Shown here in pieces: positions 9,152 through 18,101 of a DNA stretch of 45,921 nucleotides. The stretch comes from Escherichia phage vB_EcoP-611R6, in sequence record ON470589.1. The stretch is one strand, 5' to 3'. The notes under the pieces were generated by a model. The model ran no database searches. It saw only the letters and a program-made list of their open reading frames with translations, and was not told where the DNA came from. Each line of letters begins with the position of its first letter. Positions within the stretch are counted from its first letter, which is position 1. A program made the translations under genes and the position numbers.

Positions 9152-10040
9152 CCTCCAGTTTCGCTTTGCATTCTATGTAAATGGCTTGTACGTTCTGCTG
9201 CAATTTCATTCCAGATGTCAGGCGATATGCTTCTGCAAAATATCGCTTCAAATCATCCATGTTTTCTGCCTGAGCCATTTCATCACAAAGAAGTTGTACT
9301 TTTTCCATAATTTCCTGCTGGCGTTTCCGTTCATCTTCGCGGATATCTTCCTCTGATTTGTGCGGCATAACTGGTTCAGTCCACACACCTTCTTCTTCGT
9401 TTAGTACGTGAATAGCACTATCAAGGCGTGATGCTTTAGGCCAATACTTGCTTGCACGCTTTACGACCGTCTTTCGCGCCATCTCATTCCAGTGATTTAC
9501 CCATGGTCCTTTATCGCTGAATGCCGCCTTGCTTGTTTTCCTTACAGCCTCAATTTCAGCCAGACTCATCTCTTCCGTTAGATAATCACCTGCTGGCGTC
9601 TTAACTGTGCAGTAAACGCCAACGATATCACCACGATCACCGAAGGCGTTGTATTTATGGGTTGGTGCTTTATCAAGTCCATTTGACTCATAGGTATCGT
9701 TAGCATGAACAAGCTTTGCCTGACCCCATGAGATAACACCAGACTCCATTGCAATATGCAGCAACCCCATATAGCTGATATCAAGGCACACCATGCCGTC
9801 GCGCGGAACCAGATAAGCCAGTTTGCTGGCCGGGTTTAAGGTGATGCCGATCGCCGCAACATTGATGATGGCGTTCTGTGCGCTGGTTGGATTTGCCAGT
9901 GCCGTTTTAGCCAGGTAATCGTTTTTCTGGAAATACTGAATTGCAAACTGGCTTTCCTTAGCCCATGTCACCGTCTGTTCAGTCAATGCTCCGCAGAATA
10001 ACTGCTCTTGCTGTTTAACGAATTCAACGATATTGCTCAT
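9129..10040 (-). CDS. recT: RecT-family single-strand annealing recombinase
   Basis: 303 aa; RecT-like core (NAIINVAAIGITLNPASKLAYLVPRDG...). Confidence 0.8.
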   Translation of the reverse strand: MSNIVEFVKQQEQLFCGALTEQTVTWAKESQFAIQYFQKNDYLAKTALANPTSAQNAIINVAAIGITLNPASKLAYLVPRDGMVCLDISYMGLLHIAMESGVISWGQAKLVHANDTYESNGLDKAPTHKYNAFGDRGDIVGVYCTVKTPAGDYLTEEMSLAEIEAVRKTSKAAFSDKGPWVNHWNEMARKTVVKRASKYWPKASRLDSAIHVLNEEEGVWTEPVMPHKSEEDIREDERKRQQEIMEKVQLLCDEMAQAENMDDLKRYFAEAYRLTSGMKLQQNVQAIYIECKAKLEVVSEQTV

Positions 10041-10348
10041 GCAGCTTCTCCATAAATATGTCTGCGTTTGAATATTGCGAAGGCATATTCAGCCTTAACT
10101 CTTTCGGTTATTGCATCCCAGAACCATTCAGCGGCTTTTTCCTGATAGTTACAGTCATCATCTTCCAGCCAGTCGATAGCGTCCTTTGTATGTTCATCTG
10201 GTTTATATGAGCGAAGCATTTCGCTTATTGGGTCGCAACGTTTGCAGAGGCGATCAACTTCACTGTTGATTCGTTCGTAATCTTCATCAGTAAAACTTGC
10301 GATTATTTGCGATATTTCACGCTTATCATTCAGAGTCAGAATCATCAT
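10037..10348 (-). CDS. Hypothetical early protein
   Basis: 103 aa; ATGA overlap with recT start. Confidence 0.45.
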   Translation of the reverse strand: MMILTLNDKREISQIIASFTDEDYERINSEVDRLCKRCDPISEMLRSYKPDEHTKDAIDWLEDDDCNYQEKAAEWFWDAITERVKAEYAFAIFKRRHIYGEAA

Positions 10349-10433
10349 CTTTCTCCTGTTCTTTGTGCTTATTGAGCATTTTGTTCATCTGACGAATGAA
10401 TTCTTCGTCTGACCAGTTATCTGTAAAACTCAT
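10326..10433 (-). CDS. Small acidic ORF (35 aa), Kil-position
   Basis: Not in the ORF track; its ATG overlaps the stop of the cIII-like ORF (ATGA); function unknown. Confidence 0.25.
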   Translation of the reverse strand: MSFTDNWSDEEFIRQMNKMLNKHKEQEKDDDSDSE

Positions 10434-10600
10434 GGACGGCCTTGTTGTTTCAAAATATCCCAAAGCTTTTCGAGCAAACTTTTCATTCTTGGTTGTTTAA
10501 AGTCTGCTCCGGTTAAAATATTTTTTCGTGAATGCTGTACCGATAAAATCGGGTTGAAAGGGCGAACCGATGCCGCCCCTGCAATAGCGAACTGTTGCAT
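10430..10600 (-). CDS. cIII: CIII-like protease inhibitor (56 aa)
   Basis: Not in the ORF track; strong RBS AAGGAG; MQQFAIAG...LLEKLWDILKQQGRP resembles lambda CIII (MQYAIAG...WKRLIDILNQPGVP). Confidence 0.45.
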   Translation of the reverse strand: MQQFAIAGAASVRPFNPILSVQHSRKNILTGADFKQPRMKSLLEKLWDILKQQGRP

Positions 10601-10690
10601 AGGATGCTCCTTCTGTTTGATTGCATAACGAAAACGCCTCGAGTGAAGCGTTATTGGTATGCGGTAAAGCCGCCAACAGGCGGCTATTTG

Positions 10691-10924
10691 CTATTGATTC
10701 TTTTCAAGAACATCAATGATGTCGTCCGGGTTGTCTCCGTTGTCTTCACAAAATGCTTCGAATTCAGCCCATTTCGCGCTGATAAAATCAATTACTCTCA
10801 TTAATTCGTATTCCATATTTTTCTCCAGACCAAAAGAATGCCGCCCATATAGAGCGGCAAGACTATCAAGGAATGATTTCCAATAATCAGAACAAGTCGG
10901 CTCCTGTTTAGTTACGAGCGACAT
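10691..10924 (-). CDS. Small hypothetical protein (start ambiguous: 10924 or internal Met at 10816 with better RBS)
   Basis: Internal start MEYELMRV is preceded by GGAG plus 6 nt; a 9-bp inverted repeat lies just upstream at 10930-10957. Confidence 0.4.
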   Translation of the reverse strand: MSLVTKQEPTCSDYWKSFLDSLAALYGRHSFGLEKNMEYELMRVIDFISAKWAEFEAFCEDNGDNPDDIIDVLEKNQ

Positions 10925-10972
10925 TGCTCCGTGTATTCACTCGTTGGAATGAATACACAGTGCTTACTCGTA

Positions 10973-11443
10973 CTAATAAAATACCCAATTTTCTGTTTCT
11001 TGGTTGTGCCCAAAGTTATATTCAATATCTGGTGTTGATGTATCAATATTCTTCATCCCATCAACAAGAGTTGATACAACAGCCAAATCTTGTTTGATTC
11101 TCATTAAATGGTATTTCTTCCGGCGCAATAAACTTTCAATGGCAAGTTTCTTCGTTGGGAATGCAAAAGATCTTTCTGCATTTTTTGCTACTTTCTTAAT
11201 TGCATATCTATTTCTCCTTTGTTTCCATTCCTGTAACCACTGATTTGGTGCTGGTTTAAAATTAACAATCCAATGCGCAGGAACCAACCATGCATAATGC
11301 TCTGTCTGATGAAAAGCTATATATTGAAGTGCGAATATTTTTATCCCATCTTCTTCAACTGTCGCCTGGAATCTCCAGAAAACAGGCATTCCATCATGTT
11401 CAGTTTCTGATTCAGGAAAAGGTACGCTCCATGATTTTGTCAT
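10973..11443 (-). CDS. AT-rich hypothetical protein, first gene downstream of N
   Basis: 156 aa; visibly lower GC than its neighbours; no transmembrane segment; no recognised family. Confidence 0.55.
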   Translation of the reverse strand: MTKSWSVPFPESETEHDGMPVFWRFQATVEEDGIKIFALQYIAFHQTEHYAWLVPAHWIVNFKPAPNQWLQEWKQRRNRYAIKKVAKNAERSFAFPTKKLAIESLLRRKKYHLMRIKQDLAVVSTLVDGMKNIDTSTPDIEYNFGHNQETENWVFY

Positions 11444-11451
11444 ATCTCACC

Positions 11452-11751
11452 TCAAATAAGTGGTTTGCTGCCTAATTTCATTTTCTGGCGACCAACACAA
11501 GTCACACCCATTTCACTGCGCGGCTTGCGGTAGTAAATACGGTTCTGTTTACGCTCGACTTCTTCTGCCTTCTTGCAGCGAAGGCTTCCGAGTGATGCTG
11601 CTTTATCTGCTCTGACGCAACCAGAGAGCTTTAGCGCAATTTTTCGCGCCAGTCGCTGCTCTTGCATTGCCTGTTCACGTTGAGTCTGTCTGCGTGCTCT
11701 GCGGCGATTTCTGGCGTTATCGTCAGCCAGATATGTAATGACTACTGTCAT
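11452..11751 (-). CDS. N: Antitermination protein N-like (arginine-rich motif)
   Basis: 99 aa; N-terminal ARM DDNARNRRRARRQTQREQ; lies downstream of nutL/OL on the minus strand. Confidence 0.65.
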   Translation of the reverse strand: MTVVITYLADDNARNRRRARRQTQREQAMQEQRLARKIALKLSGCVRADKAASLGSLRCKKAEEVERKQNRIYYRKPRSEMGVTCVGRQKMKLGSKPLI

Positions 11752-11945
11752 GTTGACCTCCGATGATTGACTTTGGTGATTGGATGGCCGGTGCTGAATT
11801 CCGGCTTACTGGTTAGAGCGCCCGCACTACCAGTGACGCTGTCTTGAGGCGCAGATTGGTTACTGCTTGCCATGAGCGCTGTTTATACATTGGTCGAGCA
11901 TCAGCCTGCTCATTCATCCAATCCCAAAGCCAACTACTCTTTGGT

Positions 11946-11987
11946 TCCCGCATTTCGGCGGGACAATCCCATCAATGTTAAAGAGCC
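11946..11987 (-). promoter_or_regulatory. nutL (boxA GCTCTTTAA plus boxB hairpin)
   Basis: Minus-strand boxB TCCCGCCGAAATGCGGGA is identical to the nutR boxB. Confidence 0.5.
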
Positions 11988-12034
11988 TGCCAATCTGTTC
12001 CGTTTGGCTACCAGCGTCCTGCTGATGGCTAAAG

Positions 12035-12073
12035 AATACTGTAGGTATTTTATTGTGTAAATACCCAAGGTAT
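12035..12073. promoter_or_regulatory. OL operators: AATACTGTAGGTATT (12035-12049) and AATACCCAAGGTATT (12059-12073)
   Basis: Perfect AATAC-N5-GTATT palindromes, same half-site as the OR sites. Confidence 0.5.
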
Positions 12074-12205
12074 TTATTTTTGATGAAATAATGATAAACA
12101 AATGAATACAAAGGATATTTATTTTTTCGGTATCTGCTTGTTCAGTGCTTTTTATGCGGGATATGTGAAGTGGATCCCGATAGCTATTGCTGCCGGGATT
12201 ATGGG

Positions 12206-12574
12206 TTAGTCAGCGAAGGTTAAGACGAGAATTACCTTAATGATGTCTGCTACAACAGACACGGCCATAGATAAACCAAAGACGATCCAAGCCATAGAGA
12301 TGTCTTCACTACCATCGTATAGAGTTCCGTAATCACTGGTGTAAGGCGTAAATGTCGCGCCTTGATACAACAGGTATAAGCTTGATCCATAGAGGATAAA
12401 TGCAGATATCCCTTGTATTGCTATGACCACTAGAATCATGAAACGAGCTGATCTATGCGCCCAAGCCTGGCTTATTTTTTCTGATAGAGATTTCGCAATA
12501 AAAGCATGCGCTAAGCCGTAAATTGTTGAGATTGCCAACATCCCAAAAAAGCTTGCTATAGCGGTTCCAACCAT
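12206..12574 (-). CDS. Small integral membrane protein (3 predicted TM helices) co-transcribed with cI, at the rexB position
   Basis: 122 aa; RBS AAGGGGGA begins 2 nt after the cI stop; lies between cI and OL. Confidence 0.6.
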   Translation of the reverse strand: MVGTAIASFFGMLAISTIYGLAHAFIAKSLSEKISQAWAHRSARFMILVVIAIQGISAFILYGSSLYLLYQGATFTPYTSDYGTLYDGSEDISMAWIVFGLSMAVSVVADIIKVILVLTFAD

Positions 12575-12593
12575 AAGCGTCCCCCTTGCGTGA

Positions 12594-13310
12594 TCAAACC
12601 AGCCTTAGTTTTGTCTCAATTGCAACGCCTATAATCTTGCAGTTTCCATTGATTGGCACGAGAGGCCATGCAGGGTTAAGTCCCTTGAGGTATTTATTTC
12701 CGCCGTCGATTATCAGCTTCTTGAATGTTGCTTCGTTAGAGTCAGAAAGTTTTGCTATGACCAGGCTGCCGTTGATCGCCTCCCTTCCGGTATCGAAAAG
12801 AACGAATGTTCCCTCTGGAATGCTTAACCCAACCGGTGCCGTCATTGAATCACCTTCCACTTTAAGCCAGAACGCATTGCCTTGAATATGCGCGTCAGAC
12901 TCAAGCCAAACATCTATGTCTTTAATGGTGTATGGTTCGCATGCTTCACACCACGAGCCAGCCTGGATACTGCTTAACACCGGATACCTCTTTCCTGCTC
13001 TGTATTCCCCTGCATACCTTACGTTGGCATCGCTCTTAAGGCTTTCTGCCTGTTCTGCAACCTTGGCAGCAATTGACTGGCTAAAATCAGCAATTGAGAC
13101 TTGCAACAAACGTGCAAAACCAGATGCGACCTCAACGTTTAGCGCGTTTCTGCCATTAAGATAATGCCCTACCGCTCCTTGGGTGATACCCAGTTCATCA
13201 GCGATTGAGTATTGGGTTATTCCCAATTCTTTCTTTTTTGACTCATACAAAGCCTTAAGCCGCTTAGCGTCTTCGAGCTGTTCTGTCGTCAGTGATTTTT
13301 TATTTTCCAT
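12594..13310 (-). CDS. cI: CI repressor (HTH_XRE N-terminus, LexA-like S24 autocleavage domain)
   Basis: 238 aa; close in sequence and length to lambda CI (LTTEQLEDAKRLKALYE...; ...FWLKVEGDSMTAP...). Confidence 0.9.
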   Translation of the reverse strand: MENKKSLTTEQLEDAKRLKALYESKKKELGITQYSIADELGITQGAVGHYLNGRNALNVEVASGFARLLQVSIADFSQSIAAKVAEQAESLKSDANVRYAGEYRAGKRYPVLSSIQAGSWCEACEPYTIKDIDVWLESDAHIQGNAFWLKVEGDSMTAPVGLSIPEGTFVLFDTGREAINGSLVIAKLSDSNEATFKKLIIDGGNKYLKGLNPAWPLVPINGNCKIIGVAIETKLRLV

Positions 13311-13345
13311 AGCTTAATTCTAATAGCTAAGGTACTTAAACTAAA

Positions 13346-13385
13346 AATACCCTGAGTATTGATTGCTTTGAATACCTGTAGTATT
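13346..13385. promoter_or_regulatory. OR operators: AATACCCTGAGTATT (13346-13360) and AATACCTGTAGTATT (13371-13385)
   Basis: AATAC-N5-GTATT palindromes between divergent cI and cro. Confidence 0.55.
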
Positions 13386-13410
13386 CTTTGTTCATGGTTA
13401 ATAACGGAGA

Positions 13411-13611
13411 GTGCATATGATTCGAATGACACTTGCCGATTACGCCAAAATCCATGGACAGGCTAAAGCAGCCAGTGACTTTGGTGTAATCCAGTGCGCT
13501 ATCAGCAAGGCCATTCTGGCAGGCCGTAACATTATGGTTACGGTAAAGCCTGATGGCAGTGTGATTGGAGAGGAAGTTCGTCCTTTCCCAAGCAACAAGA
13601 AAAACAAATAG
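13411..13611 (+). CDS. cro: Cro repressor
   Basis: 66 aa; strong similarity to lambda Cro (TL.DYA...GQ.K.A.D.GV.Q.AI.KAI.AGR.I...DGSV..EEV.PFPSNKK). Confidence 0.8.
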   Translation: MHMIRMTLADYAKIHGQAKAASDFGVIQCAISKAILAGRNIMVTVKPDGSVIGEEVRPFPSNKKNK

Positions 13612-13618
13612 TAACACC

Positions 13619-13662
13619 GCTCTTTAACAGTCATGGTCCTCATTCCCGCCGAAATGCGGGAA
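13619..13662 (+). promoter_or_regulatory. nutR (boxA CGCTCTTTAA 13619-13628; boxB TCCCGCCGAAATGCGGGA 13645-13662)
   Basis: Canonical boxA followed 16 nt later by a 5-bp stem hairpin with an A-rich loop. Confidence 0.55.
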
Positions 13663-13719
13663 TACAACGCGCATCAGTTGGTGCGCATAACTTCTTATTT
13701 GTTAAGGAAATACTTACAT

Positions 13720-13998
13720 ATGCAACTTACAAGTACTCGCAAGAAAGCGAATGCAATTACAAGCAACATCCTAAATCGAATTGCTGTACGTGGTCAGCGA
13801 AAGGTTGCCGACGCGTTAGGGGTTAATGAATCGCAAATTTCGCGATGGAAAGACAGCTTCATCCCCAAAATGGGAATGCTTCTGGCTGTTCTTGAATGGG
13901 GTGTTGAAGACGAGGAGTTGGCGGAACTGGCTAAGCAAGTAGCCAGAATGCTGACAAAAGAAAAAGCCCCGAAGAACGGCGAATTCTTCGAGGCCTAA
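13720..13998 (+). CDS. cII: CII transcriptional activator
   Basis: Start taken at the internal Met (MQLTSTRKK); SQISRWK...MLLAVLEWGV motif shared with lambda CII. Confidence 0.75.
   Translation: MQLTSTRKKANAITSNILNRIAVRGQRKVADALGVNESQISRWKDSFIPKMGMLLAVLEWGVEDEELAELAKQVARMLTKEKAPKNGEFFEA
13953..13990 (-). terminator. Minus-strand rho-independent terminator inside the cII 3' end (OOP-like antisense RNA terminator)
   Basis: 7-bp stem CGAAGAA / TTCTTCG, followed on the minus strand by GGGGCTTTTTCTTTTG. Confidence 0.45.
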
Positions 13999-14032
13999 TG
14001 TAGAAAGACTGGATCAATCCACGGGAGTAATT

Positions 14033-14194
14033 ATGACAAAACGTCGTAAGAAATACCAGGAAAAAGAAGAGATTCGACACCCTGATTCACCTGAGGGATT
14101 AGTGGTAGCCGCAGCAAATAACAGGGCGTTCGCAGAGCGCCTTGTTGGTGTTTACAGACTAGCCAAAGCAGGAGTGAAACATGGGCGTCGTTAA
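14033..14194 (+). CDS. Small basic ORF (53 aa) between cII and O
   Basis: Not in the ORF track; RBS GGGAG 6 nt upstream of the ATG; overlaps the O start. Confidence 0.3.
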   Translation: MTKRRKKYQEKEEIRHPDSPEGLVVAAANNRAFAERLVGVYRLAKAGVKHGRR

Positions 14195-15002
14195 GTTAGC
14201 TGATTACAGGCCTCAACTGGAGGTCTTGGAGCATCGCGTGGCAGATACCGAAGATGGTTTCATGCGCGTTGCTAACGAGATTACCGACAGTCTGCTGATG
14301 GCTGATTTAACCGTCCGGCAGATGAAGGTGATGCTCGCTATCATGCGCAAGACATACGGATTCAATAAGCCGATGGATCGACTCACAAACACGCAGATAG
14401 CAGCCATGACAGGTATTCATCACACTCATGTTTGCGCTGCCAAGCGCCAGCTTATTGAGCGTAAATTCCTCATTGCTGATGGCGTGAAAATCGGAGTGAA
14501 CAAGGTAGTTTCGCAGTGGATTAGCCAGGATAGCTTAACATTAGCTAAAACAGCTAATAAAACATTAGCCAAGTCGGCTAATGGGTATAAGCCAAGTCAG
14601 CTAAACACAAAAGACAATATACAAAAGACAATAAATACAAATACCCCCTTACCCCCTAACGGGGGTGGCGATGGGCAGGTTAAACCTGAACGTCGCAAGG
14701 CAGAACGAATCGACTACGAATCCTTCCTGAACGCCTACAACACCGAAGTCGGTGACAGACTGCCACACGCTGTTGCGGTCAACGAGAAACGCAAACGCCG
14801 CCTGAAGAAAATCATCCCGCAACTGAAAACGCCAAACGTGGACGGTTTCAGAGCGTATGTCAGGGCGTTTGTGCATCAGGCCAAGCCGTTTTACTTCGGA
14901 GACAACGACACTGGCTGGACGGCAGATTTTGATTACCTGCTGAGGGAAGACTCGTTAACGGGAGTTCGGGAAGGGAAGTTTGCAGACAGGGGGATTGCAT
15001 GA
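14181..15002 (+). CDS. O: Replication initiator O-like protein
   Basis: 273 aa; N-terminal domain similar to lambda O (DLT.RQ.KV.LAI.RKTYG.NKPMDR.T..Q). Confidence 0.8.
   Translation: MGVVKLADYRPQLEVLEHRVADTEDGFMRVANEITDSLLMADLTVRQMKVMLAIMRKTYGFNKPMDRLTNTQIAAMTGIHHTHVCAAKRQLIERKFLIADGVKIGVNKVVSQWISQDSLTLAKTANKTLAKSANGYKPSQLNTKDNIQKTINTNTPLPPNGGGDGQVKPERRKAERIDYESFLNAYNTEVGDRLPHAVAVNEKRKRRLKKIIPQLKTPNVDGFRAYVRAFVHQAKPFYFGDNDTGWTADFDYLLREDSLTGVREGKFADRGIA
14539..14640. repeat. Candidate replication origin inside O: three iterons (TTAGC-N7-GCTAA type) followed by an AT-rich tract
   Basis: Iterons at about 14541-14557, 14566-14582 and 14589-14605, then an A/T-rich run to 14640. Confidence 0.4.
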
Positions 15003-16375
15003 GACAGGATATCGAAGCGAGCGTTATCGGTGGCCTGCTGATTGGTGGATTAACGCCAACCGCCAGTGACGTTCTGGCAACGCTTGAGCCGGAAGCGTTT
15101 TCAATTCCGCTCTACAGGAAAGCCTTCGAGGTTATCCGCAAGCAGGCGCGAAACAGAAATTTAATCGACGCGCTGATGGTTGCCGAGGCGTGCGGAGAGG
15201 AGCATTTCACGTCAATCCTGATGACCAGCAAAAACTGCCCGAGTGCCGCAAACCTGAAGGGATATGCCGGAATGGTCGCGGATAACTATCACCGCCGTCT
15301 GGTGCTGGAAATCATGGATGAAATGCGTGAACCAATCCAAAGCGGAACCATCGACGCATCGAGTCAGGCGATGGATGAACTTGTAAAGCGTCTTTCAGCC
15401 ATCAGAAAGCCCCGTGACGAGGTTAAACCTGTACGGTTAGGGGAAATCATCACTGACTACACTGACACGCTTGACAGGCGTCTGAGGAACGGAGAAGAGT
15501 CCGATACCCTGAAGACCGGAATAGAAGAACTTGATGCCATCACCGGAGGGATGAACGCAGAAGACCTGGTGATAATCGCTGCTCGTCCTGGTATGGGGAA
15601 AACCGAACTGGCGCTGAAGATTGCCGAAGGCGTTGCAAGCCGCGTTATTCCTGGTTCTGACGTCCGGCGCGGGGTATTGATTTTCTCAATGGAAATGAGC
15701 GCATTGCAGATTGCAGAGCGAAGCATTGCCAACGCCGGGAGGATGTCGGTTAGCGTACTGCGAAATCCTGCATCGATGGATGACGAAGGCTGGGCGCGTG
15801 TTGCTAACGGCATGAGTCAGCTTGCAGATTTGGATGTATGGGTAGTCGATGCCTCGCGGTTATCGGTCGAAGAAATACGCTCAATCGCAGAACGGCATAA
15901 ACAGGAAAATCCAAACCTGTCTCTAATCATGGCGGATTATCTTGGCCTGATTGAGAAGCCGAAAGCAGACCGCAACGACCTAGCAATTGCTCACATCTCC
16001 GGAAGCCTGAAGGCGATGGCGAAAGACCTGAAAACGCCTGTTATCTCCCTAAGTCAGCTTTCGCGCGATGTTGAGAAGCGACCAAACAAACGCCCGACAA
16101 ACGCAGATTTGCGTGATTCAGGAAGCATTGAACAGGACGCAGACTCAATCATCATGCTCTATCGGGAAGCGGTATATGACGAGAACAGTAGCGCCGCGCC
16201 ATTTGCTGAAATCATCGTGACGAAAAACCGTTTTGGCTCGCTTGGTACGGTTTACCAGCGGTTCTGTAACGGACACTTTGTTGCATGTGACCAGGATGAA
16301 GCCAGACAGATTTGCACAACATCAAATGCACCCGCTGCACGTGGCAGACGATATGCACAAGGGGCTGACGTATGA
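14999..16375 (+). CDS. Replicative DNA helicase (DnaB family; P22 gp12-like)
   Basis: 458 aa; Walker A ARPGMGKT and DnaB C-terminal motifs. Confidence 0.9.
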   Translation: MRQDIEASVIGGLLIGGLTPTASDVLATLEPEAFSIPLYRKAFEVIRKQARNRNLIDALMVAEACGEEHFTSILMTSKNCPSAANLKGYAGMVADNYHRRLVLEIMDEMREPIQSGTIDASSQAMDELVKRLSAIRKPRDEVKPVRLGEIITDYTDTLDRRLRNGEESDTLKTGIEELDAITGGMNAEDLVIIAARPGMGKTELALKIAEGVASRVIPGSDVRRGVLIFSMEMSALQIAERSIANAGRMSVSVLRNPASMDDEGWARVANGMSQLADLDVWVVDASRLSVEEIRSIAERHKQENPNLSLIMADYLGLIEKPKADRNDLAIAHISGSLKAMAKDLKTPVISLSQLSRDVEKRPNKRPTNADLRDSGSIEQDADSIIMLYREAVYDENSSAAPFAEIIVTKNRFGSLGTVYQRFCNGHFVACDQDEARQICTTSNAPAARGRRYAQGADV

Positions 16376-16447
16376 CCATCTACATCACTGAGCTAATAAC
16401 AGGCCTGCTGGTAATCGCAGGCCTTTTTATTTGGGGGAGAGTAAATC

Positions 16448-16654
16448 GTGGCTGAGTTTATGCTCGTCGCATTCAAATGCGTTGGCGTTGGATGGATTCT
16501 TCTGACGTTTTTTATTGTTCTGCATAGCTACATTCGTCTTGTGAATGACGGTAAAGACCCATGGTATACGTTGTTTGGCGCTGCATTTGTCTGGGTGATT
16601 ATCGGTGTTATGCCTGTTGTCGTAGCAAAAATGGCGTGGCGTTTTGTGAGTTGA
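16448..16654 (+). CDS. Small membrane protein (2 TM), nin region
   Basis: 68 aa hydrophobic ORF. Confidence 0.4.
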   Translation: MAEFMLVAFKCVGVGWILLTFFIVLHSYIRLVNDGKDPWYTLFGAAFVWVIIGVMPVVVAKMAWRFVS

Positions 16655-16671
16655 ACTGAGGGTAAGTATCG

Positions 16672-16956
16672 ATGGACGAATCAAGAAAGCAGTTTGAAGA
16701 AAGTTGGTTGCGACGTGGAGGCGAATCATCAGACCTTATCCGTTACCCTGAAAATCACCATGAAATTGGCAGTGGTGATATTGGTGGTCAATACGTGATG
16801 GACGATGTTCAAGGCCACTGGCAAGCGTGGCAGGCATCGCGAGCAGCTATTGAAATTGAGTTGCCTGTATGGTTTGTCAGTGATGCTATTGCTGTGTACG
16901 ACCGTGACGATATCGATGAATCCATCCGCGCCGCTGGAATCAAAGTGAAGGAGTGA
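16672..16956 (+). CDS. Hypothetical nin-region protein
   Basis: 94 aa ORF. Confidence 0.45.
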   Translation: MDESRKQFEESWLRRGGESSDLIRYPENHHEIGSGDIGGQYVMDDVQGHWQAWQASRAAIEIELPVWFVSDAIAVYDRDDIDESIRAAGIKVKE

Positions 16957-17144
16957 GCATGAGTCGACGAAGTAGCTTTTTGGGGTTTGTAATATTCCTG
17001 TCCTGCACTGGTTACATCGTAATCTGGTCAATTTCGAACATTGACCGTGGCGGGGAATATCTCATTGTAATGTTCTTTCCTTTGTTTCTTGGGTGGTACG
17101 CCGCAAGGTTGCTGGAAGAATGGGGTTACAGGCATAAAAAATAA
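16953..17144 (+). CDS. Small membrane protein (2 TM), nin region
   Basis: 63 aa hydrophobic ORF; ATGA overlap with the upstream gene. Confidence 0.4.
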   Translation: MSMSRRSSFLGFVIFLSCTGYIVIWSISNIDRGGEYLIVMFFPLFLGWYAARLLEEWGYRHKK

Positions 17145-17155
17145 AGGAGTATTCA

Positions 17156-17566
17156 GTGAAGCAAACAATCTTCCTCCGAACTAAGCAACAACAGCAAGCC
17201 GCAATAAATGCCATCCTCGCAACACCACTCGATAAAGACAAGCCAGTCACCATCCGCATTACTGACTACAAGCGCAACCTTGACCAGAACGCAAAATTTC
17301 ACGCGATGATCGCAGATATCGCTAGGCAAGTTCAGTGGCGCGATAAATGGTTAAAACCAGAACAATGGAAGGTTTTGTTGATCAGCGGTCATGCAGTGGC
17401 AACAAAACAGGAAGCTGATGTTTTGCGCGGCCTTGAAGGCGAATTCGTCAACATTCGCGAAAGCAGCGCGCAGATGAGCGTGAAGCGTATGGCAAGTCTG
17501 ATTGAGTACACGACAGCCTGGGCTATTGGTCAGGGTGTCAGATTTACCGACAGGAGGTATGAATGA
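17156..17566 (+). CDS. ninB: NinB (Orf) recombination mediator
   Basis: 136 aa; similarity to lambda NinB (LDQN.K....DI.RQV.W..WKV). Confidence 0.8.
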   Translation: MKQTIFLRTKQQQQAAINAILATPLDKDKPVTIRITDYKRNLDQNAKFHAMIADIARQVQWRDKWLKPEQWKVLLISGHAVATKQEADVLRGLEGEFVNIRESSAQMSVKRMASLIEYTTAWAIGQGVRFTDRRYE

Positions 17567-17739
17567 GACGACAGCGACGAAGTTTCACCGACATCATCTG
17601 CGAAAACTGCAAATACCTTCCAACGAAACGCTCCAGAAATAAACGCAATCCAATCCCAAAAGAATCTGACGTAAAAACCTTCAACTACACGGCTCACCTG
17701 TGGGATATCCGGTGGCTTAGACATCGTGCGAGGAAATGA
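17563..17739 (+). CDS. ninE: NinE-like protein (58 aa)
   Basis: Not in the ORF track; [23 protein letters not shown]...; ATGA overlap with ninB. Confidence 0.5.
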   Translation: MRRQRRSFTDIICENCKYLPTKRSRNKRNPIPKESDVKTFNYTAHLWDIRWLRHRARK

Positions 17740-18101
17740 CAATGGATTATTCACAGTTAAGTGATTTTGAAATTAACAAGCGAGTGGCAATTTGCTGTGG
17801 ATTTGCTCCCGAAGATTGCGAAATCGCAAAGTTGGGAACATCAATCGTTGGTGTTGAGTGGGATGACGAAACTGGTTATGCAATAAAAACGGTTGATTAC
17901 TGTAAAAGCCCATCAGACGCAGAGCCGATTATCGTAGAGAACAGAATTGGCATTATTCCAGCGCCAGAAAATGGATTATGGAAGGCAGCGCATAGAAAAG
18001 TTGGCAGTGATAGTACCCCATATCATATGACTCAAGATGAAAACCCACTCCGCGCTGCCATGATTGTCTTTCTCATGATGCAGGACGCCAATAATGCTTA
18101 G
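17736..18101 (+). CDS. NinX-like protein
   Basis: 121 aa; positional equivalent of P22 ninX between ninE and ninF. Confidence 0.45.
   Translation: MTMDYSQLSDFEINKRVAICCGFAPEDCEIAKLGTSIVGVEWDDETGYAIKTVDYCKSPSDAEPIIVENRIGIIPAPENGLWKAAHRKVGSDSTPYHMTQDENPLRAAMIVFLMMQDANNA

Noticed and set aside
10595-10804. 69-aa plus-strand ORF in the early-left operon
   Set aside because: It is antisense to the coupled minus-strand small genes and spans a hairpin and intergenic sequence; no RBS.
12102-12209. 35-aa hydrophobic ORF on the plus strand between OL and the membrane protein gene
   Set aside because: It converges on and overlaps the stop of the minus-strand gene, lies in the pL/OL region and has no RBS; probably spurious.
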